Positions 46,708 through 64,000 of a DNA stretch of 64,000 bases are shown here, piece after piece. The stretch comes from Eledone cirrhosa (taxonomy: Eukaryota), in the NCBI GenBank assembly GCA_964016885.1, contig OZ024759.1:8370001-8434000 (forward strand). The letters run 5' to 3'. The first letter of the stretch is position 1, and every line of letters starts with the position of its first letter. The notes under the pieces were generated by a model. That model was not told where the DNA came from. It did not search any database and saw nothing but the letters and a program-made list of their open reading frames with translations. The position numbers and the translations under genes are program-made.

Positions 46708-48916
46708 CTACCTCTCTCTATCTCCCACATTCATCTCACAATCTCTCCCTCTGTCTCTCTCTCTCCCTCCCACTCTCTCCCTCCCTCACACAACCCTCTC
46801 TCCCATCTCTCCCACACTCTCCTTCCCTCCAGCTCTGTCTCTCTCTCCCTCCCACTCCCTCCCTCTCTCTCCCTCCACTCTCCATCTCTCACCCCTCATC
46901 CCGCCTTCTCTACCTCCCTACTCCACGCCGCCCCTCTATCTCTCTACCTCCCACTCACTCGCCCTCCCACTCTCTCCCTCCCACTCCCTCCCACTCACCC
47001 TCTCCAATTCAATAAAATATCAAGGCACGTGTTTGGAATGGTTGATAAGGTTAATGACCTGAGTGGTTGTGGTGGTGGTGGTGTTGGTGTTGGTGGTGTT
47101 GGTGTTGGTGGTGTTGGTGTGGTGGTGTTGGTGGTGGTGTGGTGGTGGTGGTGTTGGTGGTGTTGGTGGTGTTGGTGTGGTGGTGTTGGTGGTGGTGTGG
47201 TGGTGGTGGTGTTGGTGGTGTTGGTGGTGGTGTGGTGGTGGTGGTGTTGGTGGTGGTGTTGGTGGTGGTGGTGGTGTTGGTGGTGGTGGTGTTGGTGTTG
47301 GTGGTGTGGTGGTGGTGTTGGTGTTGGTGGTGTTGGTGGTGGTGGTGTTGGTGGTGGTGTTGGTGGTGTTGGTGGTGGTGTTGGTGGTGGTGTTGGTGTT
47401 GGTGGTGTTGGTGTTGGTGGTGTTGGTGTGGTGGTGTTGGTGGTGGTGTGGTGGTGGTGGTGTTGGTGGTGTTGGTGGTGGTGTGGTGGTGGTGGTGTTG
47501 GTGGTGGTGTTGGTGGTGGTGGTGGTGTTGGTGGTGGTGGTGTTGGTGTTGGTGGTGTTGGTGGTGGTGTTGGTGGTGGTGGTGGTGGTGGTGGTGGTGT
47601 TGGTGTTGGTGTTGGTGGTGTTGGTGGTGGTGTGGTGGTGGTGGTGTTGGTGGTGGTGTTGGTGGTGGTGGTGGTGTTGGTGGTGGTGGTGTTGGTGTTG
47701 GTGGTGTTGGTGTGGTGGTGTTGGTGGTGGTGTGGTGGTGGTGGTGTTGGTGGTGTTGGTGGTGGTGTGGTGGTGGTGGTGTTGGTGGTGGTGTGTGGTG
47801 GTGGTGGTGTTGGTGGTGGTGGTGGTGTTGGTGTTGGTGGTGTGGTGGTGGTGTTGGTGTTGGTGGTGTTGGTGGTGGTGGTGTTGGTGGTGGTGTTGGT
47901 GGTGTTGGTGGTGGTGTTGGTGGTGGTGTTGGTGTTGGTGGTGTGGTGTTGGTGGTGTTGGTGTGGTGGTGTTGGTGGTGGTGTGGTGGTGGTGGTGTTG
48001 GTGGTGTGGTGGTGGTGTGGTGGTGGTGGTGTTGGTGGTGGTGTTGGTGGTGGTGGTGGTGTTGGTGGTGGTGGTGTTGGTGTTGGTGGTGTTGGTGGTG
48101 GTGTTGGTGGTGGTGGTGGTGGTGGTGGTGTTGGTGTTGGTGTTGGTGGTGTTGGTGGTGGTGTGGTGGTGGTGGTGTTGGTGGTGGTGTTGGTGGTGGT
48201 GGTGGTGTTGGTGGTGGTGGTGTGGTGTGGTGGTGTTGGTGTGGTGGTGTTGGTGGTGGTGTGGTGGTGGTGGTGTTGGTGGTGTGGTGGTGGTGTGGTG
48301 GTGGTGGTGTTGGTGGTGGTGTTGGTGATGGTGGTGGTGTGGTGGTGGTGATGGTGGTGGTGGTGGTGGTGGTGATGGTGGTGGTGGTGGTGTTGGTGGT
48401 GGTGGTGGTGTTGTTGGTGTTGGTGGTGGTGGTGGTGGTGGTGGTGGTGGTGGTGGTGGTGGTGGTGGTGGTGATGGTGGTGTTGGTGGTGTTGGTGTTG
48501 GTGGTGTTGGTGGTGGTGGTGTTGTGGTGGTGTGGTGGTGGTGTTGGTGGTGGGTGTTGGTGGTGGTGGTGGTGGTGGTGGTGGTGGTGGTGGTGGTGGT
48601 GGTGGTGGTGGTGGTGGTTGGTGTTGGGTGGTGGTGGTGGTGGTGGTGGTGGTGGTGGTGGTGGTGGTGGTGGTGATGGTGGTGTTGGTGGTGTTGGTGT
48701 TGGTGGTGTTGGTGGTGGTGGTGTTGGTGGTGGTGTTCGTGGTGGTGGTGGTGGTGGTGGTGGTGGTGGTGGTGGTGGTGGTGGTGGTGGTGTGGTGGTG
48801 GTGGTGTTGGTGGCGGTGGTGGCGGTGGTGGTGGCGGCGGTGTTGGTGGTGGTGGTGGTGGTGGTGGTGGCGGTGGTGGTGGTGGTGGTGGTGGTGATGG
48901 TGGTGGTGGTGGTGGT
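46262..48916. repeat. (CT)n/pyrimidine tract 46262-47005 and (GGT/GTT)n tract 47065-48916
   Basis: Directly visible. Confidence 0.96.
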
Positions 48917-48993
48917 AAGCTTTCGTCAGATAAAATATAATAATTGGGGTTAAGACTGTGACATATCTTCATGTGAACTTAATGTTACATATA

Positions 48994-49128
<135 letters not shown>

Positions 49129-49132
49129 ATAT

Positions 49133-49222
<90 letters not shown>

Positions 49223-49851
49223 ATATACATACATATATATATATATATACATACATGCATACATACATATATATAATTATATATGTAACATTATATATAT
49301 ATATATATATATATATAATTATATATGTGTGTGTGTAGATTTCCGAGTTGTGTCAGGGGTAAGCACAATTAAAAAAATGTATTCAATATATTGGTAGAGT
49401 ATAATTACTTTTTATTATATAAAAATGACGTCTACAGGACTAGAACTGTTTCATTCGTATGAAATCATCAGGTATGATAACCTCATGAGAATGAAATAGT
49501 TCTAGCCATGTAGAAGTATTTCTGTATATAATTATATACATATACATATATATGTGAGTAAATATACATGTTCTGATCAGACTTACACGTACACGTGTGT
49601 GTGTTTGTATATATATATATATATTAGCATAACATATGAGCCGACCCCACACTCGCCAAGTACTAGTACTACCCTACCCTTCTGTTATTCCAATATATAT
49701 TTGTTGGAGAGGTGGGAATGTCTGAAACAAGATCGCTAACACGGACCCAACCAAATAGATTTCCCAGCCTACTAAAGTCTTTCCGCCTCGTTGGGGATAG
49801 AACGCTCGAAACCGGAAATATCACGGTCCAAGAAAAATCGGTTTTATGCTT

Positions 49852-50276
49852 ACACACACACACGCACACACAACACACACACGCACACACAACACACACA
49901 ACACACACACACGCACGCACACACACACACACACACAACACACACAACACACACACACGCACGCACACACACACACACACACACAACACACACAACACAC
50001 ACACACGCACGCGCACACACACACACACACACACAACACACACAACACACACACGCACGCACATTCACACACACACCACACACACACACTCACACACACA
50101 GACACACACACAACACACACACACACGCACGCACATTCACACACCACACACACCACACACACACACATCACTCACACACACACACACACACACACACAAC
50201 ACACACAACACACACACGCACGCACATTCACACACACACACACACACACAACACACACAACACACACACGCACGCA

Positions 50277-50308
<32 letters not shown>

Positions 50309-50504
50309 ACACACACACACACACACAGACACACACACACTCACACACACAGACACACACACAACACACACACGCACGCACATTCACACACACACCACAC
50401 ACACACAACACACACAACACACACACACACGCACGCACATTCACACACCACACACACCACACACACACACATCACTCACACCACAAACATAGTCACACAC
50501 ACAT

Positions 50505-50520
<16 letters not shown>
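49852..50520. repeat. Degenerate (CA)n tract
   Basis: Directly visible. Confidence 0.96.
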
Positions 50521-50550
<30 letters not shown>

Positions 50551-50554
<4 letters not shown>

Positions 50555-51090
50555 ATAATAAATGTGAAGACTAAAATCCAAAGAGCAAATATTTATTAAA
50601 ATAACAGATTAAAGTTTAAGCAACGAATCGCTGCTTTCACCCTTAACGGGATCTTCTGACACTAAAAAAAAGATCAATCTGTGAGTGTAGAAGTAAATAT
50701 TTCGAAAAACGTTGCAACCGAAGGAAAACAGGAAGACGATACTTTGGTTCGTGAAGACGTTCCCTGGCAATGAACGGAAAAAAGCGAGGATAATACGTCG
50801 TTATGTGGCGCGAAAAGAACAAATACATGCAAAGACAAAACCACGTTTAGGGTATAAATGGAGTCGTAGACTAATATTCTATTTAGGAAACCGAATGATT
50901 CTCGGCTTCAGAGTTAAGAATAATTGTTTCTAATTTTGGCACAAGACCAGAAATTACCCAGTGTATTACTGGTACTTTATTATATCGACCCCGTAAAGAT
51001 GAAAGGCAAAGTTAACCTCGGTGGTAAAAATAATGTAAATAAATTAGTTGAATGAAAATGACAGAGGTTATTAAAGTAATAATAATTTAA
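50551..51090 (-). mobile_element. Solo 3' terminal region of the 20.8-24.3 kb PLE family with a truncated SINE at 50922-51024
   Basis: Reverse-complement match to ~23840-24311. Confidence 0.88.
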
Positions 51091-51312
51091 TATACGGTGG
51101 TAGGCAGGGAAGGAGGGCGGTGTTGTGTTGTGGTGGACAGGGAAGGGGGCGGTGTTGTGGTATACAAGGAAGGAGGGTGGTGTTGTGTTGTGGTAGACAG
51201 GGAAGTAAAGGGCCTTATACCATTTCACTGTAAAATTCCAACAGTTCATGCCTAAACGAGAGTAGTAATTATATGCTAAACTTCATTTTCAATTTGACGC
51301 CTTTTTATCTCT

Positions 51313-51357
<45 letters not shown>

Positions 51358-51430
51358 TCTCTCTCTCTCTCCTCTCTCTCTCTCCCTCTCTCTCTCCCAC
51401 TCTCTCTCCCTCTCTCCCTCTCTCTCTCTC

Positions 51431-51465
<35 letters not shown>

Positions 51466-51659
51466 AGAAAAGCCAACACGCCCCGCCCCCACCACAACAA
51501 TAAGGACTCTCTCTTACTCTTCCCCCTCCGTCTAACACTTCCCCCACACAACATACCCCTCCCACATAAACCTTATGACAACCTCCTCATCCCCAACGGT
51601 AGAGGAGCTGCAGTCCTAAACATGAAAAAAAGAAACACCGTAAAGAACGCTACACCCTC

Positions 51660-54600
51660 CCCACCACTACACCAACAACACCACTAACACCACCACTACA
51701 ACTACCACAACAACACCAACACCACCACTACACCAACGCCACCACCTCCACTACACCAACACCAACACTACCACTACACCAACACCACCACCACCACTAC
51801 ACCAACGCCACCACTACCACTACACCAACACCACCACTACCACTACACCAACACCACCACCACCACCACATAAACTCAACCACCACTATACCAACACCAC
51901 CACTACAACTACACAAACACCACCACTACCACTACACCAACACCACCACCACCACTACGCCAACGCCACAACCACCACTACACCAACACCACCAGCACCA
52001 CTACACCAACACCACCACTACCACTACACCAACACCACCACCACCACTACACCAACACCACCACTACCACTACACCAACACCACCACCACCACTACACCA
52101 ACACCACCACCACCACTACACCAACACCACCACTACCACTACACCAACACCACCACCACCACTACACCAACACCACCACCACCACTACACCAACACCACC
52201 ACTACCACTACACCAACACCACCACCACCACTACACCAACACCACCACTACCACTACACCACCACCACTACCATTACACCGACACCACCACCAGCACTAC
52301 ACCAACACCACCACTACCACTACACAAACACCACCACCACCACTACACCAACACCACCACTACCACTACACCAACACCACCATCACCACCACTACCACTA
52401 CACCAACACCACCACTACCACTACACCTACACCAACACCACCACCACCACTACACCACTACCACCACCACCACTACACCAACACCACCACTACCACTACA
52501 ACTACCACAACACCACCACTACACCAACACCACCACTACCACTACACCAACACCACCACTACCACTACAACTACCACAACACCACCACTACACCAACACC
52601 ACCAGCACCTCTACACCAACACCACCACCACCACTACACCAACACCACCACCACCACTATACCAACACCACCACTACACCAACACCACCACCACCACTAC
52701 ACCAACACCACCACTACACCAACACCACCACCACCACTACACCAACACCACCACTACACCAACACCACCAGCACCTCTACACCAACACCACCACCACCAC
52801 TACACCAACACCACCACTACACCAACACCACCACCACCACTACACCAACACCACCACCACCACTATACCAACACCACCACTACACCAACACAACCACTAC
52901 CACTACACCAACACCACCACCACCACTACACCAACACCACCACTACACCAACACCACCAGCACCTCTACACCAACACCAACACCACCACTACACCAACAC
53001 CACCACTACCACTACACCAACACCAACACCACCACTACACCAACACAACCACTACCACTACACCAACACAACCAGCACCACTACACCAACACCACCACTA
53101 CACCAACACCACCACCACCACTACACCAACACCACCACTACACCAACACCACCAGCACCTCTACACCAACACCAACACCACCACTACACCAACACCACCA
53201 CTACCACTACACCAACACCAACACCACCACTACACCAACACCACCACTACCACTACACCAACACCAACACCACCACTACACCAACACAACCACTACCACT
53301 ACACCAACACAACCACTACCACTACACCAACACCACCAGCACCACTACACCAACACCACCACTACACCAACACCACCACCACCACTACACCAACACCACC
53401 ACTACACCAACACCACCAGCACCTCTACACCAACACCAACACCACCACTATACCAACACCACCACTACCACTACACCAACACCAACACCACCACTACACC
53501 AACACAACCAGCACCACTACACCAACACCACCACTACACCAACACCACCACCACCACTACACCAACACCACCACTACACCAACACCACCACTACCACTAC
53601 ACCAACACCAACACCACCACTACACCAACACCACCACTACCACTACACCAACACCAACACCACCACTATACCAACACCACCACTACCACTACACCAACAC
53701 CAACACCACCACTACACCAACACCACCACTACCACTACACCAACACCAACACCACCACTACACCAACACCACCACTACCACTACACCAACACCAACACCA
53801 CCACTACACCAACACAACCACTACCACTACACCAACACCACCAGCACCACTACACCAACAACACCACTATCACTACCCCAACACCAACACCACCACCACC
53901 ACTACACCAACACCACCACCACCACTACACCAACGCCACCACTACACCAACACCAACACCACCACTACACCAACACCACCACCACCACTACTACACCACC
54001 ACCACCACTACACCAACACCACCACTACCACTACACCAACACCACCAGCACCACTACACCAACACCACCACTACCACTACACCAACACCAACACCACCAC
54101 TACCACTACACCAACACCACCACCAGCACTACACCAACACCACCACCACCACTACACCACTACCACCACCACCACTACACCAACACTACAACTACCACAA
54201 CACCACCACTACACCAACACCACCACCACCACTACACGAACACCACCAGCACCTCTACACCAACACCACCACCACCACTACACCACCACCACCACAACAC
54301 CAATACCACCACCACCACTACACCAACACCACCACCACCACTACACCACCACCACTACACCAACACCACCACTACCACTACACCAGCACCACCACCACCA
54401 CTACTACACCACCACTACACCAACACCACCACTACACCAACACCACCAGCACCTCTACACCAACACCACCACTACCACTACACCAACACCACCACTACAC
54501 CAACACCACCACTACACCAACACCACCACCACCACTACACCAACACCACCACTACACCAACACCACCAGCACCTCTACACCAACACCACCACCACCACTA

Positions 54601-55310
54601 CACCAACACCACCTCTACACCAACACCACCACCACCACTACACCAACACCACCACTACACCAACACCACCTCTACACCAACACCACCACCACCACTACAC
54701 CAACACCACCACTACACCAACACCACCACTACACCAACACCACCACCACCACCACTATACCAACACCACCACTACACCAACACCACCAGCACCTCTACAC
54801 CAACACCACCACCACCACTACACCAACACCACCACTACACCAACACCACCACCACCACTACACCAACACCACCACTATACCAACACCACCACTACACCAA
54901 CACCACCAGCACCTCTACACCAACACCACCACCACCACTACACCAACACCACCACTACACCAACACCACCACCACCACTACACCAACACCACCTCTACAC
55001 CAACACCACCACTACACCAACACCACCACCACCACTACACCAACACCACCACTACACCAACACCACCACCACCACTACACCAACACCACCACTATACCAA
55101 CACCACCACTACACCAACACCACCAGCACCTCTACACCAACACCACCACCACCACTACATCAACACCACCACTACACCAACACCACCACCACCACTACAC
55201 CAACACCACCACTACACCAACATCACCACCACCACTACACCAATACCACCACTACACCAACACTACCACCACCAACACTACACCACCACCAACACTAACT
55301 ACACCTACAT
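51660..55310. repeat. 3.6-kb C/A-rich variable minisatellite built from ACCACCACTACACCAAC-type units
   Basis: Directly visible; nearly G-free on the plus strand. Confidence 0.96.
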
Positions 55311-55479
55311 GAACACTACAAAATAACCTAATGGAGGCCATCAGAAACGACCCGACTATCCAGAGAGAAGGAAAACCCTTCACCAGCACACAGCACCACA
55401 CCTAGAGGTCTCCCCGTGATGTGGGACCCCCAGAAGACCCTCAACCGTGTATTTTTTTAAATGTTTCCCTGCCAAACAC

Positions 55480-55890
55480 CCCCACCAACATGGAGAGCAT
55501 GAACGCCCTGGCAGAGATCCTGTCAAAAGGACCTGTCCAAGATGCGAGCAGGACAATGAAACCGTTCTGCACACAATTGTTCAGTGCCCAGGGTTGACCG
55601 ACCTGTGGTACTATGTCTTACAGCTACTGTCATGTGTGGGACGCATCCAGTTGTCAGTCGAGTCCATCGTGAGGGTCACCCCGCCGCTTTCATTTATGGT
55701 TGAAAGGACTGAAGGCAACCCCCTTTCTCTCCGGACAACTCATCCCCTTCTTTAAGTACCACTTCAGAGGGAAGGTGAGACTGGAAAGAGAGGTGCTACA
55801 CCCCCACCCCAGTAAATTCGATTAAAGGTGGGTGAATGTGGCGAAAATGGCCCGAGTGAATGGGGCTTGTCTGTATATAAACCTGTAGGT
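55480..55890 (+). pseudogene. 3' fragment of a Tx1/L1-like LINE ORF2 (zf-RVT-like zinc finger)
   Basis: CPRC-x4-ETVLHTIVQC-x5-LW followed by LLSCVGRIQLS; related to 59090-59378. Confidence 0.75.
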
Positions 55891-55929
55891 TGAGGAAGCC
55901 AAAACGAGAGAGGACAGGAGCAATGCTCT

Positions 55930-57320
<1,391 letters not shown>

Positions 57321-57598
57321 TGTAAATTCTAATAGTTACAGACGGATTTACGAGTATATATAAATATACAAACACACGTGGCGTGTTGTTATGGTTTATA
57401 CGTAATAGAAGGTAATTGTTGGCCCGTTCCCAAGACAATGACGTCAAACGGTGACGTCATTAAACGTTAAAACGTCAAAACCGTCAGCTAAGATTTAATG
57501 ATTGACTAATGAGAAATGTAATATGGTGAATGATGGCTCATTCATAAACACACATGTGTATGAGTGTGTGTGTATATATATACATACATATAGATACA

Positions 57599-57673
<75 letters not shown>

Positions 57674-57739
57674 GAGAGAGAAGCAGGCTAATTGTAAATC
57701 CTCGTAGCCTGGTGCTCTATTTTAGTCCACATAAACAGA

Positions 57740-57985
57740 AGGAACAACAACCTCTGTTGTACAGGGAAAATCCAAATATTATTTTAAATAACACACTTTA
57801 AAGAGAAAACCGAACTAATCTTTAAGTGTCGACATGAAAAGGAATTTTAACTCTCTAACTATAACAAACTATGCGAGGCTGTCATTCCTCTGATACAATT
57901 CACTGTATAAACTTGCTTCTCTACTTTAGTCACCTTGATAGGTAAATATGCTTCACTGAAGAGATCTAATAAGATAAAAACATAT
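57740..57985 (+). mobile_element. Possible PLE endonuclease C-terminus with a degenerate downstream hammerhead
   Basis: KEKTELIFKCRHEKEF*LSNY resembles LNKKSEAISACKHK of the 21918 ORF; CTGAAGA g ATCT-aata-AGAT at 57956 lacks an intact GAAA. Confidence 0.4.
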
Positions 57986-58235
57986 CCGTTGCTTTCAACA
58001 AGTCGGCATTAACACAAATTTCGATCAACTGACATTGTATGCATTGTCTCGCTTATATTTCTGGAGCAGTCCTAAAGGGAGTTCTTAAAATTGCAATGGT
58101 AATCTCAGTTGAGGTTTTTCCACTGGTATAGCCGCAGTCGACTAAAACCAGTGAAAGAAGATACAAAAACAAAGCTAGCTCTTCATAAATTACTATAACT
58201 GAACTATAACCGCCAGATGGCACTTATTATTTATT

Positions 58236-58413
58236 TGGCAGTATCGGTAGAGGGTCGGACGCCATGCTTTACAGCATAGTTAAGTCCCTTTACGATCTGA
58301 GTTCAAATCCCGCCGAGGTTGACTTTGCTTTTCATCCTTACGGGGTCGATAAAATAAAGTACCAGTAATGCACTGGGATAATTGCTGGCCTTGTGCCAAA
58401 TGTAGAAGCAATT
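58236..58413 (+). mobile_element. Near full-length SINE
   Basis: A-box, B-box GAGTTCAAATCC, central domain and tail. Confidence 0.9.
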
Positions 58414-58451
58414 ATTTTTATTCTTTTACCAGAAAATATTAAAGACAACTC

Positions 58452-59021
58452 TGGACAGTACAGGACGGCACAGTACGGTACAGGATGGCACAGTACGGTA
58501 CAGGACGGTACAGGACGGTACAGGACGATACAGGATGGTACAGGACGGTACAGGACGGTACAGGACGATATAGGACGATACAGGATGGTACAGGACGGTA
58601 CAGGACGGTACAGGACGTCACAGGACGGCACAGGACGGTGCAGGACGGTACAGGACGGTACAGGACGGTACAGGACGGTACAGGACGTCACAGGACGGCA
58701 CAGGACGGTGCAGGACGGTACAGGACGGTACAGGACGTTACAGGACGTCACAGGACGGTACAGGACGGTACAGGACGGTACAGGACGGTACAGGACGGTA
58801 CAGGACGATATAGGACGATACAGGATGGTACAGGGCGGTACAGGACGGTACAGGACGGTACAGGACGGTACAGGACGGTACAAGACAGTACAGGACGGTA
58901 TAGGACAGTACAGGGCGGTACAGGACAATACAGGATGGTTCAGGACGGTACAGGGCGGTACAGGATGGTACAGGACGGTACAGGAAGGTGCAGGACGGTA
59001 CAGGACGGTACAGGACGGTAC
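58452..59021. repeat. 10-bp minisatellite (CAGGACGGTA)n, ~55 copies
   Basis: Directly visible. Confidence 0.97.
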
Positions 59022-59089
59022 ACAGCCACCCTAATCACTAGTGCCTCCTCCAAGGTTACCTCTTCTTATCTACCGGCACACTCTCAGGA

Positions 59090-59378
59090 CAGGCCCGTTC
59101 CGGCCATGCCAACCACTTTCACCCACCTTTCAACTAGATGGCTGGAAGCCAACACTTCTCTCTCCTCTCTAATTTTCTTCTTCAACTGAAACTTAATAAA
59201 AGAGGCAGATGTTTTTTCTTCAGTCCACCCTACAACCTCTTTTTCATGGCTACCAGGCAGATTAAAACATTCTGCTCTTCCCGGTTAAAGAAAGGCGGCT
59301 AGGCAATGTTCGTGATGGACTCAGCTGATAGCTGGATTCGTCCCACACGTGACAGCAGCTGTTTGACATAAACCCACA
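59090..59378 (-). pseudogene. 3' fragment of a Tx1/L1-like LINE ORF2
   Basis: WVYVKQLLSRVGRIQLSAESITNIA aligns by eye with the 55447 ORF. Confidence 0.65.
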
Positions 59379-59774
59379 ATGATAACAACAACAACAACAA
59401 CAACAACAACAATAATATTAATAATAACAATAACAATAATAATAGACAAGTGAGAAAACTGAACAACAGGATGAAAAACAGATACTTATTCGTAAAAACA
59501 GACATAAAAACACCACAAAAACAACAAAGTTATATAACCAAAAGAGGGCGCAACAATCGCATTTATTTCTTCCCGTTAAAAAGTGAAAAATAAATAAAAA
59601 GCTATAAAAAGAAATACAAAGTGAACTCTAACCGCAAGAGGGCGCAACGATTGCAATCGTGAAAGCTCAAACTAAAATGAAAGACATGTTTAAGTAATTA
59701 AATTCTCTTATCAAGTGATTGCAGACGACATACATTTGTTGGGAGCCATTTTGTTTGACGTCATCGTTATTGTA

Positions 59775-61049
<1,275 letters not shown>

Positions 61050-61223
61050 TGTTGTTTAGCCGCGAGCACCTTATCCCACTGACCTATCTAGCAGTACGTG
61101 TACTATCCAATCTATCCTCCCCCTCCTTGAAGAATGCAATCGTGCACAGATAAATATCTGGCCACATCACCAGGCCCCAGGGGCCAACACAGATACACGT
61201 GCATTAATGGGGTCAAGAAAACC

Positions 61224-64000
61224 GTGACGTCACCTGGTCTGACGTCAGGACAGGCCTTCCTGTTAGACACACAACCATCTTATTTCCTTGACCCTTCCAA
61301 CAGTAGTGACGTCACCTGGTCTGACGTCAGGACAGGCCTTCCTGTTAGACACACAACCATCTTATTTCCTTGACCCTTCCAACAGTAGTGACGTCACCTG
61401 GTCTGACGTCAGGACAGGCCTTCCTGTTAGACACACAACCATCTTATTTCCTTGACCCTTCCAACAGTAGTGACGTCACCTGGTCTGACGTCAGGACAGG
61501 CCTTCCTGTTAGACACACAACCATCTTATTTCCTTGACCCTTCCAACAGTAGTGACGTCACCTGGTCTGACGTCAGGACAGGCCTTCCTGTTAGACACAC
61601 AACCATCTTATTTCCTTGACCCTTCCAACACTAGTGAGGTCACCTGGTCTGACGTCAGGACAGGCCTTCCTGTTAGACACACAACCATCTTATTTCCTTG
61701 ACCCTACCAACAATAGTGAGGTCACCTGGTCTGACGTTAGGACAGGCCTTCCTGTTAGACACACAACCCCCTTATTTCCTTGACCCTACCAACAATAGTG
61801 AGGTCACCTGGTCTGACGTCAGGACAGGCCTTCCTGTTAGACACACAACCCCCTTATTTCCTTGACCCTACCAACAATAGTGAGGTCACCTGGTCTGACG
61901 TCAGGACAGGCCTTCCTGTTAGACACACAACCATCTTATTTCCTTGACCCTTCCAACAGTAGTGACGTCACCTGGTCTGACGTCAGGACAGGCCTTCCTG
62001 TTAGACACACAACCATCTTATTTCCTTGACCCTTTCAACAGTAGTGACGTCACCTGGTCTGACGTCAGGACAGGCCTTCCTGTTAGACACACAACCATCT
62101 TATTTCCTTGACCCTTCCAACACTAGTGAGGTCACCTGGTCTGACGTCAGGACAGGTCTTCCTGTTAGACACACAACCATCTTATTTCCTTGACCCTACC
62201 AACAATAGTGAGGTCACCTGGTCTGACGTTAGGACAGGCCTTCCTGTTAGACACACAACCCCCTTATTTCCTTGACCCTACCAACAATAGTGAGGTCACC
62301 TGGTCTGACGTCAGGACAGGCCTTCCTGTTAGACACACAACCCCCTTATTTCCTTGACCCTACCAACAATAGTGAGGTCACCTGGTCTGACGTTAGGACA
62401 GGCCTTCCTGTTAGACACACAACCAACTTATTTCCTTGACCCTTCCAACAGTAGTGACGTCACCTGGTCTGACGTCAGGACAGGCCTTCCTGTTAGACAC
62501 ACAACCATCTTATTTCCTTGACCCTTCCAACAGTAGTGACGTCACCTGGTCTGACGTCAGGACAGGCCTTCCTGTTAGACACACAACCATCTTATTTCCT
62601 TGACCCTTCCAACAGTAGTGACGTCACCTGGTCTGACGTCAGGACAGGCCTTCCTGTTAGACACACAACCATCTTATTTCCTTGACCCTTCCAACAGTAG
62701 TGACGTCACCTGGTCTGACGTCAGGACAGGCCTTCCTGTTAGACACACAACCATCTTATTTCCTTGACCCTTCCAACAGTAGTGACGTCACCTGGTCTGA
62801 CGTCAGGACAGGCCTTCCTGTTAGACACACAACCATCTTATTTCCTTGACCCTTCCAACACTAGTGAGGTCACCTGGTCTGACGTCAGGACAGGCCTTCC
62901 TGTTAGACACACAACCATCTTATTTCCTTGACCCTACCAACAATAGTGAGGTCACCTGGTCTGACGTTAGGACAGGCCTTCCTGTTAGACACACAACCCC
63001 CTTATTTCCTTGACCCTACCAACAATAGTGAGGTCACCTGGTCTGACGTCAGGACAGGCCTTCCTGTTAGACACACAACCCCCTTATTTCCTTGACCCTA
63101 CCAACAATAGTGAGGTCACCTGGTCTGACGTCAGGACAGGCCTTCCTGTTAGACACACAACCATCTTATTTCCTTGACCCTTCCAACAGTAGTGACGTCA
63201 CCTGGTCTGACGTCAGGACAGGCCTTCCTGTTAGACACACAACCATCTTATTTCCTTGACCCTTTCAACAGTAGTGACGTCACCTGGTCTGACGTCAGGA
63301 CAGGCCTTCCTGTTAGACACACAACCATCTTATTTCCTTGACCCTTCCAACACTAGTGAGGTCACCTGGTCTGACGTCAGGACAGGTCTTCCTGTTAGAC
63401 ACACAACCATCTTATTTCCTTGACCCTACCAACAATAGTGAGGTCACCTGGTCTGACGTTAGGACAGGCCTTCCTGTTAGACACACAACCCCCTTATTTC
63501 CTTGACCCTACCAACAATAGTGAGGTCACCTGGTCTGACGTCAGGACAGGCCTTCCTGTTAGACACACAACCCCCTTATTTCCTTGACCCTACCAACAAT
63601 AGTGAGGTCACCTGGTCTGACGTTAGGACAGGCCTTCCTGTTAGACACACAACCAACTTATTTCCTTGACCCTTCCAACAGTAGTGACGTCACCTGGTCT
63701 GACGTCAGGACAGGCCTTCCTGTTAGACACACAACCATCTTATTTCCTTGACCCTTCCAACAGTAGTGAGGTCACCTGGTCTGACGTCATGACAGGCCTT
63801 CCTGTTAGACACACAACCATCTTATCTCCTTGACCCTTCCAACAGTAGTGACGTCATCTGGTCTGACGTCAGGACAAGCCTTCCTGTTAGACACACAACC
63901 CCCTTATTTCCTTGACCCTTCCAACAGTAGTGACGTCACCTGGTCTGACGTCAGGACAGGCCTTCCTGTTAGACACACAACCAACTTATTTCCTTGACCC
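61224..64000. repeat. 82-bp satellite, ~34 units, up to two TGACGTCA palindromes per unit; runs off window end
   Basis: Unit starts at 61224, 61306, 61388...; a variant block repeats at a 1230-bp (15-unit) offset. Confidence 0.98.

Noticed and set aside
47020-48972. 650-aa Pro/His/Thr ORF and Gly/Val/Trp ORFs
   Set aside because: (GGT)n low complexity with frame-shifting variants.
49436-49474. Minus-strand CTGATGA...GAAA cagttc TA hammerhead-like motif
   Set aside because: Stem I has only 2 bp and stem III does not pair; probably decayed, so not called.
58236-58413. SINE heads as tRNA genes
   Set aside because: A- and B-boxes are present, but no convincing cloverleaf; all copies continue into the SINE body.

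Overview
Eukaryotic, AT-rich, repeat-saturated DNA with no intact host gene. The SINE, LINE and microsatellite make-up resembles an octopus or other coleoid cephalopod genome (inference, not verified). Almost all ORF-track ORFs are microsatellite artefacts. Real coding remnants are a decayed R4/Dong-like RLE non-LTR retrotransposon (~3.4-7.2 kb), two decayed Penelope-like elements (PLEs; 20.8-24.3 kb and 24.9-26.4 kb) plus smaller PLE fragments, and two Tx1/L1-like 3' fragments. There are also >15 copies or fragments of one tRNA-type SINE, a hAT MITE, and minisatellites carrying TTAGGG, YY1-like, Pol III A-box and CRE motifs. The main hidden signal is that the short unique-looking islands between (TA)n tracts from ~13 to 50 kb are a diverse population of 150-500 bp elements. 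They typically carry a minimal type I hammerhead ribozyme (about 20 cores read by eye, on both strands), are often folded back into long palindromes pivoting at or just upstream of the ribozyme, and share a quasi-palindromic GAGNNCTY motif ~35-70 nt from the (TA)n junction. That motif also occurs in the terminal repeat of the ORF-bearing PLE. All calls were made by eye; boundaries are approximate.
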